From the NCBI GenBank assembly GCA_045105515.1, contig JBGCDR010000161.1:1-52597 (forward strand): a stretch of DNA of 52,597 nucleotides, written 5' to 3'. Of this stretch, positions 21,292 through 30,468 are shown piece after piece (positions within the stretch are counted from its first letter, which is position 1; each line of letters opens with the position of its first letter). Source of the DNA: Oligoflexales bacterium. Its GTDB lineage: Bacteria > Bdellovibrionota_B > Oligoflexia > Oligoflexales > Bog-1112. The position numbers and the translations under genes were made by a program. The notes under the pieces were generated by a model. The model saw only the letters and a list, made by a program, of their open reading frames with translations, ran no database searches and was not told the origin of the DNA.

Positions 21292-21999
21292 ATGTTGAAG
21301 CTCCATGCTCTCATAGGAATCTTGCTTGCATTCACTTGCAGGAGCTATTCCAGACCTCTGGTCATAAAAAATTATAATCGATCTTTTGAAACATATCAGG
21401 ATTACTCACAGCACCTTTCGCAGCTAATATCTCGAGCAGGTGGGGCAGTTTGGATCGCTAGTTCAAAGCTAAACGATGGCGATATTACGAACTCGCTTTT
21501 TCTCTCCCAGTATCGCCAGGTACAGGTAGCCGTTTTGTTGGCTTCTAACTCAATTAAACACTTTTCAAGTCAGTTTCCATGGCTCCAAGCTCACCAAATA
21601 CCAGTGAGGCTTACAAAACAAAACTTATTTAGAACATGGCCAACCTTTATCATTATTGATGGCTCTTTGCTACTAGCATCAGTTAGTTTAGATCCCAGTG
21701 TTAGAAAGGGAAAATTTTTGATTCGTAGTGGAGGGGCAGACTATCAGGCTAATTCTTTTATTCGTTTGTTTAAGTCTCAATTCCTCCGGAACGTAAGGCA
21801 AAACACCCCGTCCATGGGACTCAATTTGCATAACCCTAGAGGAGTAAAAGTATTCAAGGCCAAAGACCCGTCCCAATGGAATGGGTTTAAACCATATCAT
21901 TATGGAAATCGTAGGACTGGGGCTCCTGCAGATGTAGCAAGACGTCTCCCCAAAAAAACGAAATACCAAGAATTAGGTAAGTTGCAAAGAAAGGACTAA
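21292..21999 (+). CDS. Exported phospholipase D-like domain protein lacking HKD
   Basis: Signal peptide and PLD-like fold order; WPTFIIIDG sits where HxKxxxxDG is expected. Confidence 0.5.
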   Translation: MLKLHALIGILLAFTCRSYSRPLVIKNYNRSFETYQDYSQHLSQLISRAGGAVWIASSKLNDGDITNSLFLSQYRQVQVAVLLASNSIKHFSSQFPWLQAHQIPVRLTKQNLFRTWPTFIIIDGSLLLASVSLDPSVRKGKFLIRSGGADYQANSFIRLFKSQFLRNVRQNTPSMGLNLHNPRGVKVFKAKDPSQWNGFKPYHYGNRRTGAPADVARRLPKKTKYQELGKLQRKD

Positions 22000-22001
22000 T
22001 A

Positions 22002-22562
22002 ATGAATCATCAGCGCTTTCCCTGGAAAATATATTTATTGAGCTTTGTTATGACAGCCTGCAGCACTATGTGTACTAAAAGTCATGAAGAAATGAGCGCC
22101 GAAGAAGTGGTGGAGACTTATCTAGATTATGCCCTTAATATTACAGATGTATCAGAAAAAGAAGAGCTGATGGAATATACAACAGGTAATCTTGAAGCAG
22201 CACTTGCTGGAGCGGATAATGAAACTTTTAGAAAAGCCTATGTTGAACGTAAGTATAAAATAACGCGTTTTTCTCTTTTAGAGAGGCGTGATAGAACCCC
22301 AAGGGAAACAGAAATTACTTTTCAACTGACTTACAAGGATATAGCAGATGGAAACACTGATGTAAAATCAGCTCCTGAAGTTACGACTGAAAATACGGTT
22401 GCTGTCATTAAAGAAAAAGGTAAATGGCTGGTTCGTGAAGTAGTTGGGAATAAAACTACGTTTGACTTTCCTACTTCAGAGCTATCTAAGATAACAGCTA
22501 AACCTGGAGAGATAAGCAATCCTGAATTAGACCAGGAACAAGGAGAAGAACCTTCTCCTTAA
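22002..22562 (+). CDS. Hypothetical lipoprotein
   Basis: Lipobox MTAC; C-terminal KEKGKWLV typical of NTF2-like lipoproteins. Confidence 0.6.
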   Translation: MNHQRFPWKIYLLSFVMTACSTMCTKSHEEMSAEEVVETYLDYALNITDVSEKEELMEYTTGNLEAALAGADNETFRKAYVERKYKITRFSLLERRDRTPRETEITFQLTYKDIADGNTDVKSAPEVTTENTVAVIKEKGKWLVREVVGNKTTFDFPTSELSKITAKPGEISNPELDQEQGEEPSP

Positions 22563-23752
22563 GAAGCTTTAGCAATCTCAAGGCCGCCTAAAAAGGTTAC
22601 CTGTCCCATTGTTCCAATATTGTTTGCTCGTGAAAACGAGGGTTTTCTTCCTCTTTTCGGTGATCTGAACTGGGCTACAGACTCAGCAAATTGGTTTGAA
22701 CCACCAGAATCTTTCAACTGACTTAAGAGATCTCTAAACATTGGTCTGATCGACCGATCACTCAAAATGTGTTCAATTAATTCATCCTTAAATTGACTCG
22801 GATCAAACTTTTGAATTGCAATTAGGAGTTCACGGGCGAGGGTTTTATGATTTACCTCAGACACTACTTTGAATAAAGCACCAATGTGCTGCATCATAAC
22901 TTTTTTAGAGTTTTCATGGTTTTTGACCTGTATCAAATGGTCAGTGAACGTTTGGATAAAAAGAGCAAAGCGTTCAGGTTTTTTCAGCATGTAGTACTTA
23001 AAAGTTTCATGTAATATTCTTTGGCAGTTACTATCGGCTTCCAGAGCAAACGGGAGGTTTTCAAGTAGGAACTGCAGGGAAATTGCCTCACTTTTTTTGT
23101 TAAATAAGTGGGAAAATAAGTGATCTAAGACTGTATGTCCAAAACGATTCATGATTCGATTAAACGAGGTTTTATCTGGTTTATGAGAGCAGATATAGCC
23201 AAAGTAATGAAGAAGGCTAAGTCTGATGCAAGTATTATTGTTGTTGCTCACAGACAGTAAGTAGGTAGTAATGTGGTCAAGTACTTCTTTAGCATTCGTA
23301 AACTGTTTTGGATGGCGATTATCATATTCCCTTATGGCGATGCCTAGCTCACAAATGAGAGCCACTGCCATTGAGTAGATTTCTTCGTCATGAGAATTTT
23401 CAGCTACTTCGCTAGTCAATGCAATTTCAACCAGTGCTCTGCATGCTAGATCATGATGTTCTTCTTCAAAGAGCTGATCGAGAAATGAAGCGATCAGAGG
23501 CTCATTGATAGCATTTGCAATCCAAATGAGTAAGCTTTCAACGATGATTTCGCAAGCTAGACGATCATTTGACCTTTCACATAGGCGTTTAGCAAAATGC
23601 CTTAAGACGTTACCTTGGTCCTCTTCTGACAAAGACCTTTTTAGTGTCCGCATCTCTTTCCACTTAATGATGACCCCGGAATCTACAAGAAGCAAAGCAT
23701 CTTCGACCGTTTTCACATCCTTCCAATATTTGTGTTCTGACCCAATCTCCAC
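22559..23752 (-). CDS. Hypothetical all-helical protein
   Basis: 397-aa ORF; RBS-like GGAGGG upstream; no recognised motif. Confidence 0.7.
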   Translation of the reverse strand: MEIGSEHKYWKDVKTVEDALLLVDSGVIIKWKEMRTLKRSLSEEDQGNVLRHFAKRLCERSNDRLACEIIVESLLIWIANAINEPLIASFLDQLFEEEHHDLACRALVEIALTSEVAENSHDEEIYSMAVALICELGIAIREYDNRHPKQFTNAKEVLDHITTYLLSVSNNNNTCIRLSLLHYFGYICSHKPDKTSFNRIMNRFGHTVLDHLFSHLFNKKSEAISLQFLLENLPFALEADSNCQRILHETFKYYMLKKPERFALFIQTFTDHLIQVKNHENSKKVMMQHIGALFKVVSEVNHKTLARELLIAIQKFDPSQFKDELIEHILSDRSIRPMFRDLLSQLKDSGGSNQFAESVAQFRSPKRGRKPSFSRANNIGTMGQVTFLGGLEIAKAS

Positions 23753-23821
23753 AGTACTGTCCCTCCAGCAACTTTGTTTCTAAAAATTTAAGTAGCCCCA
23801 CTACTATTCCGGTAAATTTTG

Positions 23822-24403
23822 CTAGAGAGCACTCTCTTGCAAAATCTGATTTGACTGATCAATTAACCCCTGGATCTCTGACTCAACTTTTTTATCTAAA
23901 GCAACAAACTTTAGACCATAGCCAACTGGAAATTTGCGATCCTGATTAAAGCGCATAACCTGGGCGCTTGCATTGAATGCTTGCAAAAATCCATCGATCC
24001 TGCAGGTCACCTTTAAGGTTTCCCCAACCTCAAAGATAGGGTCAGGAGTTTCAACAAACATACCTGAAGAAGATATGTTTACTCCTGCACCAATCACAAG
24101 CTGACCATTGTTGTGGACTATGATGCGCCCTTTTATTGTTGCCCTAGGTGCTCGTGCTTCTCTGACGATCGTGTCTGCATTCCCACTGGGAGTTGTGCCC
24201 AATTGTCCGTGACAATCTTCAAGGGGAAGCCAATCCTTCCAACCTACCTTGAATAGGTACGCATCTTGGGAGATCATATTAGTGCCAAGCATTTGCATGA
24301 TCTTGGGATGGTCAAATGGACCTTGTTGCTGAGATTGCTGATAGATATACCAAACTTGCTCGCTCATGAAAGGTTCCCTCAGGCTGTAATCCGTCTTTGG
24401 CAA
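23822..24403 (-). CDS. GYF_2 (DUF4339) + PilZ domain protein (start probably MSEQ at 24367)
   Basis: WYI...QQGPF...GWKDW; RAPR and NISSSG; GYGLKF. Confidence 0.85.
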   Translation of the reverse strand: MPKTDYSLREPFMSEQVWYIYQQSQQQGPFDHPKIMQMLGTNMISQDAYLFKVGWKDWLPLEDCHGQLGTTPSGNADTIVREARAPRATIKGRIIVHNNGQLVIGAGVNISSSGMFVETPDPIFEVGETLKVTCRIDGFLQAFNASAQVMRFNQDRKFPVGYGLKFVALDKKVESEIQGLIDQSNQILQESAL

Positions 24404-24501
24404 ACTTAGCTTTTTTTAAAAAAAGGCAAACCTGCAACATATGCCCTTGATTTTGGGCACCATACCCTAAATCGGCTAAAGTTGGCGGTCTCTTTAGTTA
24501 T

Positions 24502-25146
24502 ATGATAAAAACTATTTATTTTAATATTAATATTAAGGGGATACAGACTATGATCAAGGTGTTCTTGTATTTGTGCATTGCAATGCTGCACCTTAGTAGC
24601 AATTCAGGGCTGGCAAGAAAAAGTAATCAATACAGCAAACTAACGAATCACTGGCAAGATCCCGGCTTCGATATCAGCAAAGCAGTCAGTAAGGAAGATT
24701 GGTCATTTTTCATGCAAAGTGCCATAACATGGAAAAAACAGTTTTGGCACTATCACTGGAACCGAGGGAAATCCCTAGGAGATTGGTCATGGACCTGGCG
24801 CAGTGGGTGGTTGCAGGTTTGCAGCCAAGAAAGTAAAAAGTGGTGTACACAGATACTGCAAGCAGCTCTTTTTGACAAAGCTCTGGTAATCAGAGCTAAG
24901 GCTGCCCAAGTCTGGGGGCGACTTTATTCTGGTACTGGAAATCCGGCAATAGGTGGGATGCTAGAAAAGGCGTACCAGATGAAAGAAAATAACCGCAATG
25001 GAAAGCCCCTTTTTATTAAAAAGAGAATTCTCTTTGCTTTAAAGAGCATAGGAGGTGATAAGAACTTGATAACAGGAAGAAATTTAGCTAGTAGTAATGT
25101 GCAGATGCTAGACTATTGGCAGAGGCTTGCAAAGCCCAATGGCTAG
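24502..25146 (+). CDS. Hypothetical exported protein with HEAT-like repeat (start probably MIKVF at 24550)
   Basis: Signal-like segment; ALFDKALVIRAKAA HEAT-like motif. Confidence 0.55.
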   Translation: MIKTIYFNINIKGIQTMIKVFLYLCIAMLHLSSNSGLARKSNQYSKLTNHWQDPGFDISKAVSKEDWSFFMQSAITWKKQFWHYHWNRGKSLGDWSWTWRSGWLQVCSQESKKWCTQILQAALFDKALVIRAKAAQVWGRLYSGTGNPAIGGMLEKAYQMKENNRNGKPLFIKKRILFALKSIGGDKNLITGRNLASSNVQMLDYWQRLAKPNG

Positions 25147-25312
25147 GTTTGTTAAAAACATCGCCGAGCTAATTGATAAATTGTATCTTGCATTTTTATA
25201 TCAGTTACAGTACTTAAACTTCCTGTAACGAAATTAGCTATCTATAATTCAGCTAAAAAAGCATTGTAAATAGCTTATTACGTCTTGTTTCAGAGGCTTA
25301 TTGTTACATTGG

Positions 25313-25389
25313 GGAGGCGTAGCTCAGCTGGATAGAGCACTAGATTTCTAATCTAGCGGTCGCAGGTTCGAGTCCTGCCGCCTTCGCCA
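25313..25389 (+). tRNA. tRNA-Arg (anticodon TCT)
   Basis: Acceptor GGAGGCG/CGCCTTC, D-arm TAGCTCAGCTGGATAGAGC, anticodon arm CTAGA-TTTCTAA-TCTAG, T-arm GCAGG-TTCGAGT-CCTGC, encoded CCA; 77 nt. Confidence 0.97.
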
Positions 25390-25424
25390 CAATTTCAGGT
25401 ACTTATATCCTTCCTAGAGCAAAA

Positions 25425-25760
25425 ATGGATACAAACCATCACAAAAAAATTGATACAAATGTATCCAATAATGAAATCAGTGACTTACGCTTTGAAGAGC
25501 ATGCCCTTATAGAATTCTATTGCAGTTTACTTGTACTTAAGCCAGATACACCTAAATCGTATTTTCCTACCTACCGAGAAGATCTAAAGCGGTGGTGGGA
25601 CGATTCAAGTGAGGAATGGCGGTGCCAGATTTACAAGAACAACTTAGACTTACTGATTACATTAGGTGTATCTCGCCAAGCGGTACATACAGGAAATTTA
25701 GAATACAGGGACGGAACCGTGAAACAAAAAAGTGGTTTACGATCAAGTCAGAAGCCCTAG
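25425..25760 (+). CDS. Hypothetical protein overlapping the integrase 5' end
   Basis: 111-aa ORF directly after the tRNA; overlaps the next ORF by 145 bp, so one of the two ORF boundaries is doubtful. Confidence 0.35.
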   Translation: MDTNHHKKIDTNVSNNEISDLRFEEHALIEFYCSLLVLKPDTPKSYFPTYREDLKRWWDDSSEEWRCQIYKNNLDLLITLGVSRQAVHTGNLEYRDGTVKQKSGLRSSQKP

Positions 25761-26722
25761 ATGCAATCAATCAGTCCTATCTAAATAAGCATTCTTCTTT
25801 AGTTCAAGCAAAGCAGAAATGTGATGAACTTTTAAGAGATTTGTACAAAAAAAGAGACCAAGAAAAACCTATCCCAGTATTTCATTCCAATAATCTTAGG
25901 ATACTAGAAGATTACTTAGAATCAGAATACCCACCAAGAAGGAGAAGAAAGTTAGTTTCCTTCCAAAGTATTTGCTGGGATGTCAAAAGGGCTGTTGGTG
26001 CCCTAGAGAATCACCCCTTAGACACTACAGATCCAGAAGTCCTGCAAAATTTCATTGATACTAAGTTTGAAGAAGATCCTTCAAACCAGCGCAGGATAGT
26101 AATGTGGCTCAATAGTATTTTGAAATTTCTCAAAAAAGACTATCAATTGGTAAAGTTTAATCCAAATAATTCTGAAGTGAAATACTTAACACTTGCTGAA
26201 TTTAATCAAGTACTTCCTAAGCTTACCAATAATAAACTTAGAATAACAGCGGGAATAGCCTGGCATACCGGCTTAAGGTTTGGTGAGATATTTGGAGTTG
26301 AAGATCAAAACATCCACAATGATTCTTTGAGAGTGATTTCCCAAATGAACAAGGAGGGGTCAATTACAAACACAAAAACTAAGAAAGCTAGAGCTATTGC
26401 TTTGACACCAGAAGCTAGAAAGTATTTATGTGAATGGGTGCAAGTCCCTTACGAAGAAAAACTAGCTTTTCGTAAATATAAGGTATCTGAAAAGTTTAAA
26501 CAGGCTTGTAAGGAGGTATTCCCTCATAGGTCAAATAAACACCTCAAATTCCATGACCTAAGGCATTCCCATGCGATTCACCTTTTTGCTAAAGGGGTAA
26601 GTCTTGGTCATGTAGCTCAGCAATTGGGAAATAGTATTACTGTTTGTGAAAAACACTATGTTGGATATTGCTTGACTGCTGATAGCCTTAAAATAGTAAA
26701 AGATGCGCTCAAGGGTATTTGA
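25616..26722 (+). CDS. Tyrosine recombinase/integrase
   Basis: HTGLRFGE (R), TKT (K), FHDLRHS (HxxR), LGNS, HYV (Y); adjacent to a tRNA 3' end. Confidence 0.9.
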   Translation: MAVPDLQEQLRLTDYIRCISPSGTYRKFRIQGRNRETKKWFTIKSEALDAINQSYLNKHSSLVQAKQKCDELLRDLYKKRDQEKPIPVFHSNNLRILEDYLESEYPPRRRRKLVSFQSICWDVKRAVGALENHPLDTTDPEVLQNFIDTKFEEDPSNQRRIVMWLNSILKFLKKDYQLVKFNPNNSEVKYLTLAEFNQVLPKLTNNKLRITAGIAWHTGLRFGEIFGVEDQNIHNDSLRVISQMNKEGSITNTKTKKARAIALTPEARKYLCEWVQVPYEEKLAFRKYKVSEKFKQACKEVFPHRSNKHLKFHDLRHSHAIHLFAKGVSLGHVAQQLGNSITVCEKHYVGYCLTADSLKIVKDALKGI

Positions 26723-26870
26723 ATCCCTGCATAGTTTGTCTGAATTCCTCTGCAGGAGACAGTCAAAGGCTTCTTTTTCACTCGATATGGCAGCTGACGT
26801 CCCGGTTCGTCATGCTCCAGACATTGCTCTCGGTCGCTCTGAATTCGCTGCTTCGATTCTGTTCCCAGTG

Positions 26871-26884
26871 TGGTGGAGGCGGCG
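26871..26884 (-). repeat. att core, distal copy (tmRNA 3'-end 14-mer)
   Basis: Minus strand CGCCGCCTCCACCA, identical to 40114-40127. Confidence 0.85.
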
Positions 26885-26947
26885 CCTACCGATTTATCCT
26901 GATTAGTATCGATAAAACAGTATGTTGGGTAATACTAGGCTTAGAGG

Positions 26948-26967
26948 TGCCCCCAAATCTGCCCCCA
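26948..26967. promoter_or_regulatory. Putative integrase arm-type binding sites
   Basis: TGCCCCCA twice at 12-bp period; the same motif and period recur at 39981-40000. Confidence 0.65.
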
Positions 26968-27172
26968 TATAGTACATCTTGTGGTTGCAATTTTGAAGAA
27001 ATGAAATATTTTTCACTATTTTTAGATGATTACAAAATAATCAGATCTAGCTCTTGACTTGGACCGTTGTCTTTGGCATCTTTGCCAACGCCGCGGTAAA
27101 TACCGTCAGATTCAGTAAATATAAAACACTTAGACAAAAAATGACTTTACGAGTCAAGAGGATAATACAAAA

Positions 27173-27712
27173 TTGGCAAACATATTGTTAAATACAGTAA
27201 AATTTTTGGTGATAATAGGAGCTTCCTTAATGTTTCATGCTTCAGCAAGGTCACAAGTATTCTTTGGTATTCAAAATATTTCTAACAAAGAAGTGCTAAC
27301 ACCGATTACAGTTTATGGTCGATTAGAGGCTACCAACTGTCGGTTTGGCAATCTGGACTTATCTGGTGATGCTTTGTTTAATGATACTATAGTTAATAGT
27401 GTTTTCGTCAAAGGTAATTTTAGTGCTAAGAAACTGAGCACTAAAAAAATCGAAGTAGTTGGTAATGTTGAGACAGACTCTTCAACAATAAATAGAGCAT
27501 CCGTTACTGGAAATCGAGTGGTTTTTTCTAACACAAAATTAGATGAAATCATTCTGAGAAGTAAAAATGACGAAGAACAGGTTCTGATCTTAAAAAATCG
27601 TGTGTCCGTGGCCTCAAAAATTGAGTTTGAATCTGGTAAAGGGAAAATAATAGTCGATAGTACCGTAGCATTACCAGCAAATATAATTGGTGCAACAATA
27701 GTCAACATTTAG
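27173..27712 (+). CDS. Exported beta-solenoid (bactofilin/DUF4097-like) protein
   Basis: Signal peptide ending ASA; repeated VxG/LxG beta-helix turns. Confidence 0.55.
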   Translation: MANILLNTVKFLVIIGASLMFHASARSQVFFGIQNISNKEVLTPITVYGRLEATNCRFGNLDLSGDALFNDTIVNSVFVKGNFSAKKLSTKKIEVVGNVETDSSTINRASVTGNRVVFSNTKLDEIILRSKNDEEQVLILKNRVSVASKIEFESGKGKIIVDSTVALPANIIGATIVNI

Positions 27713-27826
27713 CAATAAAGTCATATTCTGTAAAAGGCCTTTAGGCAATAAGTTCAATGCTTGGACTGTAATAATTTGCTTTACCATATTCATATTTTTT
27801 TAAAATTTTCGAGAAGGATTCATGTA

Positions 27827-28000
27827 ATGAAAAACGGTTTATTTGTTAAGAAACTTAAGAAGCAAAGTAATGAAACTCCAGTAACATTAGCTTTTGGTGG
27901 CTGCAGTAAGAACGATAAAAAGGACGGAAAAGAAGGAAAAGATGGTGATGTTGGTGGCGTTGTTAAGCCAACCGAAGTCAAGGCTGACTTTCAATTCTAA
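27827..28000 (+). CDS. Putative RiPP precursor peptide (57 aa)
   Basis: AAGGA RBS then ATG at 27827; MKNGLFVKKLKKQSNETPVTLAFGGCSKNDKKDGKEGKDGDVGGVVKPTEVKADFQF; directly upstream of the modification operon. Confidence 0.7.
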   Translation: MKNGLFVKKLKKQSNETPVTLAFGGCSKNDKKDGKEGKDGDVGGVVKPTEVKADFQF

Positions 28001-28020
28001 CTAATAATAATTTTATTCTT

Positions 28021-28040
28021 TTAAGGGGATGTTCCCTTAA
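28021..28040 (+). promoter_or_regulatory. Stem-loop between precursor and maturase genes
   Basis: TTAAGGG-GATGTT-CCCTTAA; could stabilise or attenuate the precursor transcript (inference). Confidence 0.45.
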
Positions 28041-28063
28041 TTTCACATTGAGTATTTGAGTAA

Positions 28064-28594
28064 ATGCATTACATCCAAGCATGGGCTGTCGGTTTTAATG
28101 AGATTAAACATGACATTATACCTTTTGAAATTTTATATAAGTCTGGGCAAGGCAGGACAAATGTGACCGGCATTCTTAGTAATGAAGTCAAAAACGATAT
28201 AGAATTATGTTATCTCTCTGTACAGTATCAATGCTCAAGATTGAAATATAAAGTTCCAAATTACGATGTGCATGTAAATTTCCCGATTCGAAATGTATCA
28301 ATATTGGGGAGTTCGTACAGACTAGCCTTAGTTAATGCTTTTTGTCAAATGTCTACGCTTCCGAATAAATATAAGGCCTCTGAGTCATTGTTGACTGGAG
28401 ATGTTAGTTTGTCAGGAGACATATTTTCTGTTGATGGAATCAAACAAAAATATGATGCATTTAAGCAGCATGATCTTAAAAATTTTATTATACCAGAGGA
28501 AGCTCAATTTAGCTTTTCAAATGACCATCGAGTTATAAAAGCTAGCTATATCATTGAACTACTTGATATTAGCAAAGGTGACGTAGGATTATGA
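28064..28594 (+). CDS. Stand-alone Lon (S16) protease C-terminal domain
   Basis: GQGRTNVTG, DVHVNFP, GSS (Ser), LTGDVSLSGDIFSVDGIKQK (Lys), FIIP align by eye with the Lon proteolytic domain. Confidence 0.8.
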   Translation: MHYIQAWAVGFNEIKHDIIPFEILYKSGQGRTNVTGILSNEVKNDIELCYLSVQYQCSRLKYKVPNYDVHVNFPIRNVSILGSSYRLALVNAFCQMSTLPNKYKASESLLTGDVSLSGDIFSVDGIKQKYDAFKQHDLKNFIIPEEAQFSFSNDHRVIKASYIIELLDISKGDVGL

Positions 28595-29577
28595 AAAGAT
28601 GCTTTATTTCAGCTAAATTGCGCCCCTTAGTGCCAGGAGCAACTTTTGATACTCAGGTTACTGAGGAACTTGACGAATTTGTAGGGGATGAAGAATTTTT
28701 TCAGTCAGTATGTGGGGAAGGAATTCTTCTGTTATCTAGTGAATATGATAAAACATCTCTTCATTTCTACGAATATTGTGAGTCCAAAAAAATTCCTATT
28801 GTATACCTTACTTTCGAATATTTATTTGGAAGTAAAGTTTTGGTAGATCGAGTTGTTAGTAATGAGTTTCTTAAGCAGTTTAGAGGAATATACTACAGGC
28901 CTCCGTCAATAGATGATCACGTTATGGCACCATATGTAGCGGTTTTAGAGTCTTTTATTGAATTTTTTCCTGGCAATGTTGTAAACAGACCAAAATCATC
29001 TGTTAAGAATATTTCAAAGCCTTGGCAAATGGCCGATACTATTATGAAAGTGGGTACGGCTGTAAAGCCTATAAAAACTCTATTGACGAATAATCCTGAT
29101 GTTCTTGCTAGATGCAATTCAAGGCAAACCATAGCCAAATCTATTAGTGATGTAAGAAGCACTGTAAAGGTTTTGGGTGAAATTCAACATGATCAGAAAT
29201 GCAAGCGATTGCATTCTCCAATTCAAGTACAAAAAAAATTAAATGGCTTTAATATTAGAGTTCACGTTATAGGGCAAAATATTTCAGCAATAAAAGTCGA
29301 TTCAGATTCCATTGATTACCGGGTCTCAGATTTTCGGTCATTCTCAGAAATTTCGCTTCCAGAAGATGTGAAAAAGTGGTGTCTTCGTGCATCAAAAGCT
29401 GAAAAATTGGAGTTTGCAGGGGTGGATTTATTTCGATCAACAAAAGATCAAGCTTTCTATTGTTTCGAAATCAATCCGTCGCCTGGTTACCACTTTTACG
29501 AAAAAAATGCAAAATTGGATTATAAGATCACAAACTGGATTGTTGACTATCTAATCCCCAAATCGATTGGAGAATAA
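28591..29577 (+). CDS. RimK/MvdC-like ATP-grasp ligase 1
   Basis: VVNRP, NISKPWQ, IAKSIS..RS, QKKLNG.NIRVHVIG, DYR, GVDL, FEINPSPG; ATGA overlap with the upstream gene. Confidence 0.88.
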   Translation: MKRCFISAKLRPLVPGATFDTQVTEELDEFVGDEEFFQSVCGEGILLLSSEYDKTSLHFYEYCESKKIPIVYLTFEYLFGSKVLVDRVVSNEFLKQFRGIYYRPPSIDDHVMAPYVAVLESFIEFFPGNVVNRPKSSVKNISKPWQMADTIMKVGTAVKPIKTLLTNNPDVLARCNSRQTIAKSISDVRSTVKVLGEIQHDQKCKRLHSPIQVQKKLNGFNIRVHVIGQNISAIKVDSDSIDYRVSDFRSFSEISLPEDVKKWCLRASKAEKLEFAGVDLFRSTKDQAFYCFEINPSPGYHFYEKNAKLDYKITNWIVDYLIPKSIGE

Positions 29578-29583
29578 GATAAG

Positions 29584-30468
29584 ATGATCCTTTTGATAGG
29601 CAATGAAAATTGCCCTTATATTAAAAAAATACATAGACGAATACTTGATTACCACAAATCTGACTGCATTTGGCTAACACCATTTAATTTAATAAATGAC
29701 ATATTGATTGATGACTCTATCGATGCTTCCACAGGAATATCAATTAGGTGGCAGTATAAAGGAAGAGTTATCACCCCAGTGAATGTGGAACTTGTTATTA
29801 ACAACGTATCATATCTTCCTTCAGATTTTTTTCAAGACTTTGTCAAGGAAGATCGAAGCTATGCTGAGGCTGAATTTGTATCATATTTTTTATTTGCTTT
29901 AAGTCAGTTCAAGAACATTTTAAATAAACCTCATGGTGGAAGCCTAAGCGGATGGACGAAGTCCTTGCCCGCACAGTGGATCTATGTATCAAATAAATTT
30001 CCGGGTGTGGATACTCCTACATGGGCCTTATCTTCGGGCAAAAATCTTCCTCAATGGGTTATTGATGAGAATAATAATAACCTTATTGCAAATGAAAATT
30101 TGTTTAATTTGAGGTATTGGAGAGTTAGGGATAAACCACTACAGTGGGTTCAAGATAAAGATATGCTTTACTATAATAGACCGGCTGGAGTTCCAATTGT
30201 CATAAATGGAGTCGAAGAAAATATTTTTGTAGATATCGATTCCCCTATTTCATCCTCTGAGCTTCAAGATCTACTTCCTATTAACTTTCTCAGAGACATG
30301 GCTACAAATTATGGACTTTCTTTGTACCATGCTGTTTTCTTTTTTGATAGGGACAAGAATAACTTGACATTTGGTAGTATTCTTCCTTTTCTTCATTTAA
30401 ATGACAAGAAAGACTTTCAGCTGAATAATTCGATAATAGATTACCTTGTCACGGATACGAAGAAATGA
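29584..30468 (+). CDS. Degenerate ATP-grasp-like protein
   Basis: N-terminal MILLIG, EDRSYAEAEF and LNKP resemble the pre-ATP-grasp region of graspetide ligases; no ExN motif at the C-terminus. Confidence 0.6.
   Translation: MILLIGNENCPYIKKIHRRILDYHKSDCIWLTPFNLINDILIDDSIDASTGISIRWQYKGRVITPVNVELVINNVSYLPSDFFQDFVKEDRSYAEAEFVSYFLFALSQFKNILNKPHGGSLSGWTKSLPAQWIYVSNKFPGVDTPTWALSSGKNLPQWVIDENNNNLIANENLFNLRYWRVRDKPLQWVQDKDMLYYNRPAGVPIVINGVEENIFVDIDSPISSSELQDLLPINFLRDMATNYGLSLYHAVFFFDRDKNNLTFGSILPFLHLNDKKDFQLNNSIIDYLVTDTKK

Noticed and set aside
26703..27057. ORFs of 67 and 112 aa spanning the att site
   Set aside because: They cross the att core and arm repeats, have no motifs, and are likely chance frames at a recombination junction.
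27761..27826. 79-aa version of the ATP-grasp precursor from a TTG start
   Set aside because: The RBS (AAGGA) lies just before ATG 27827, so the 57-aa form is more plausible.
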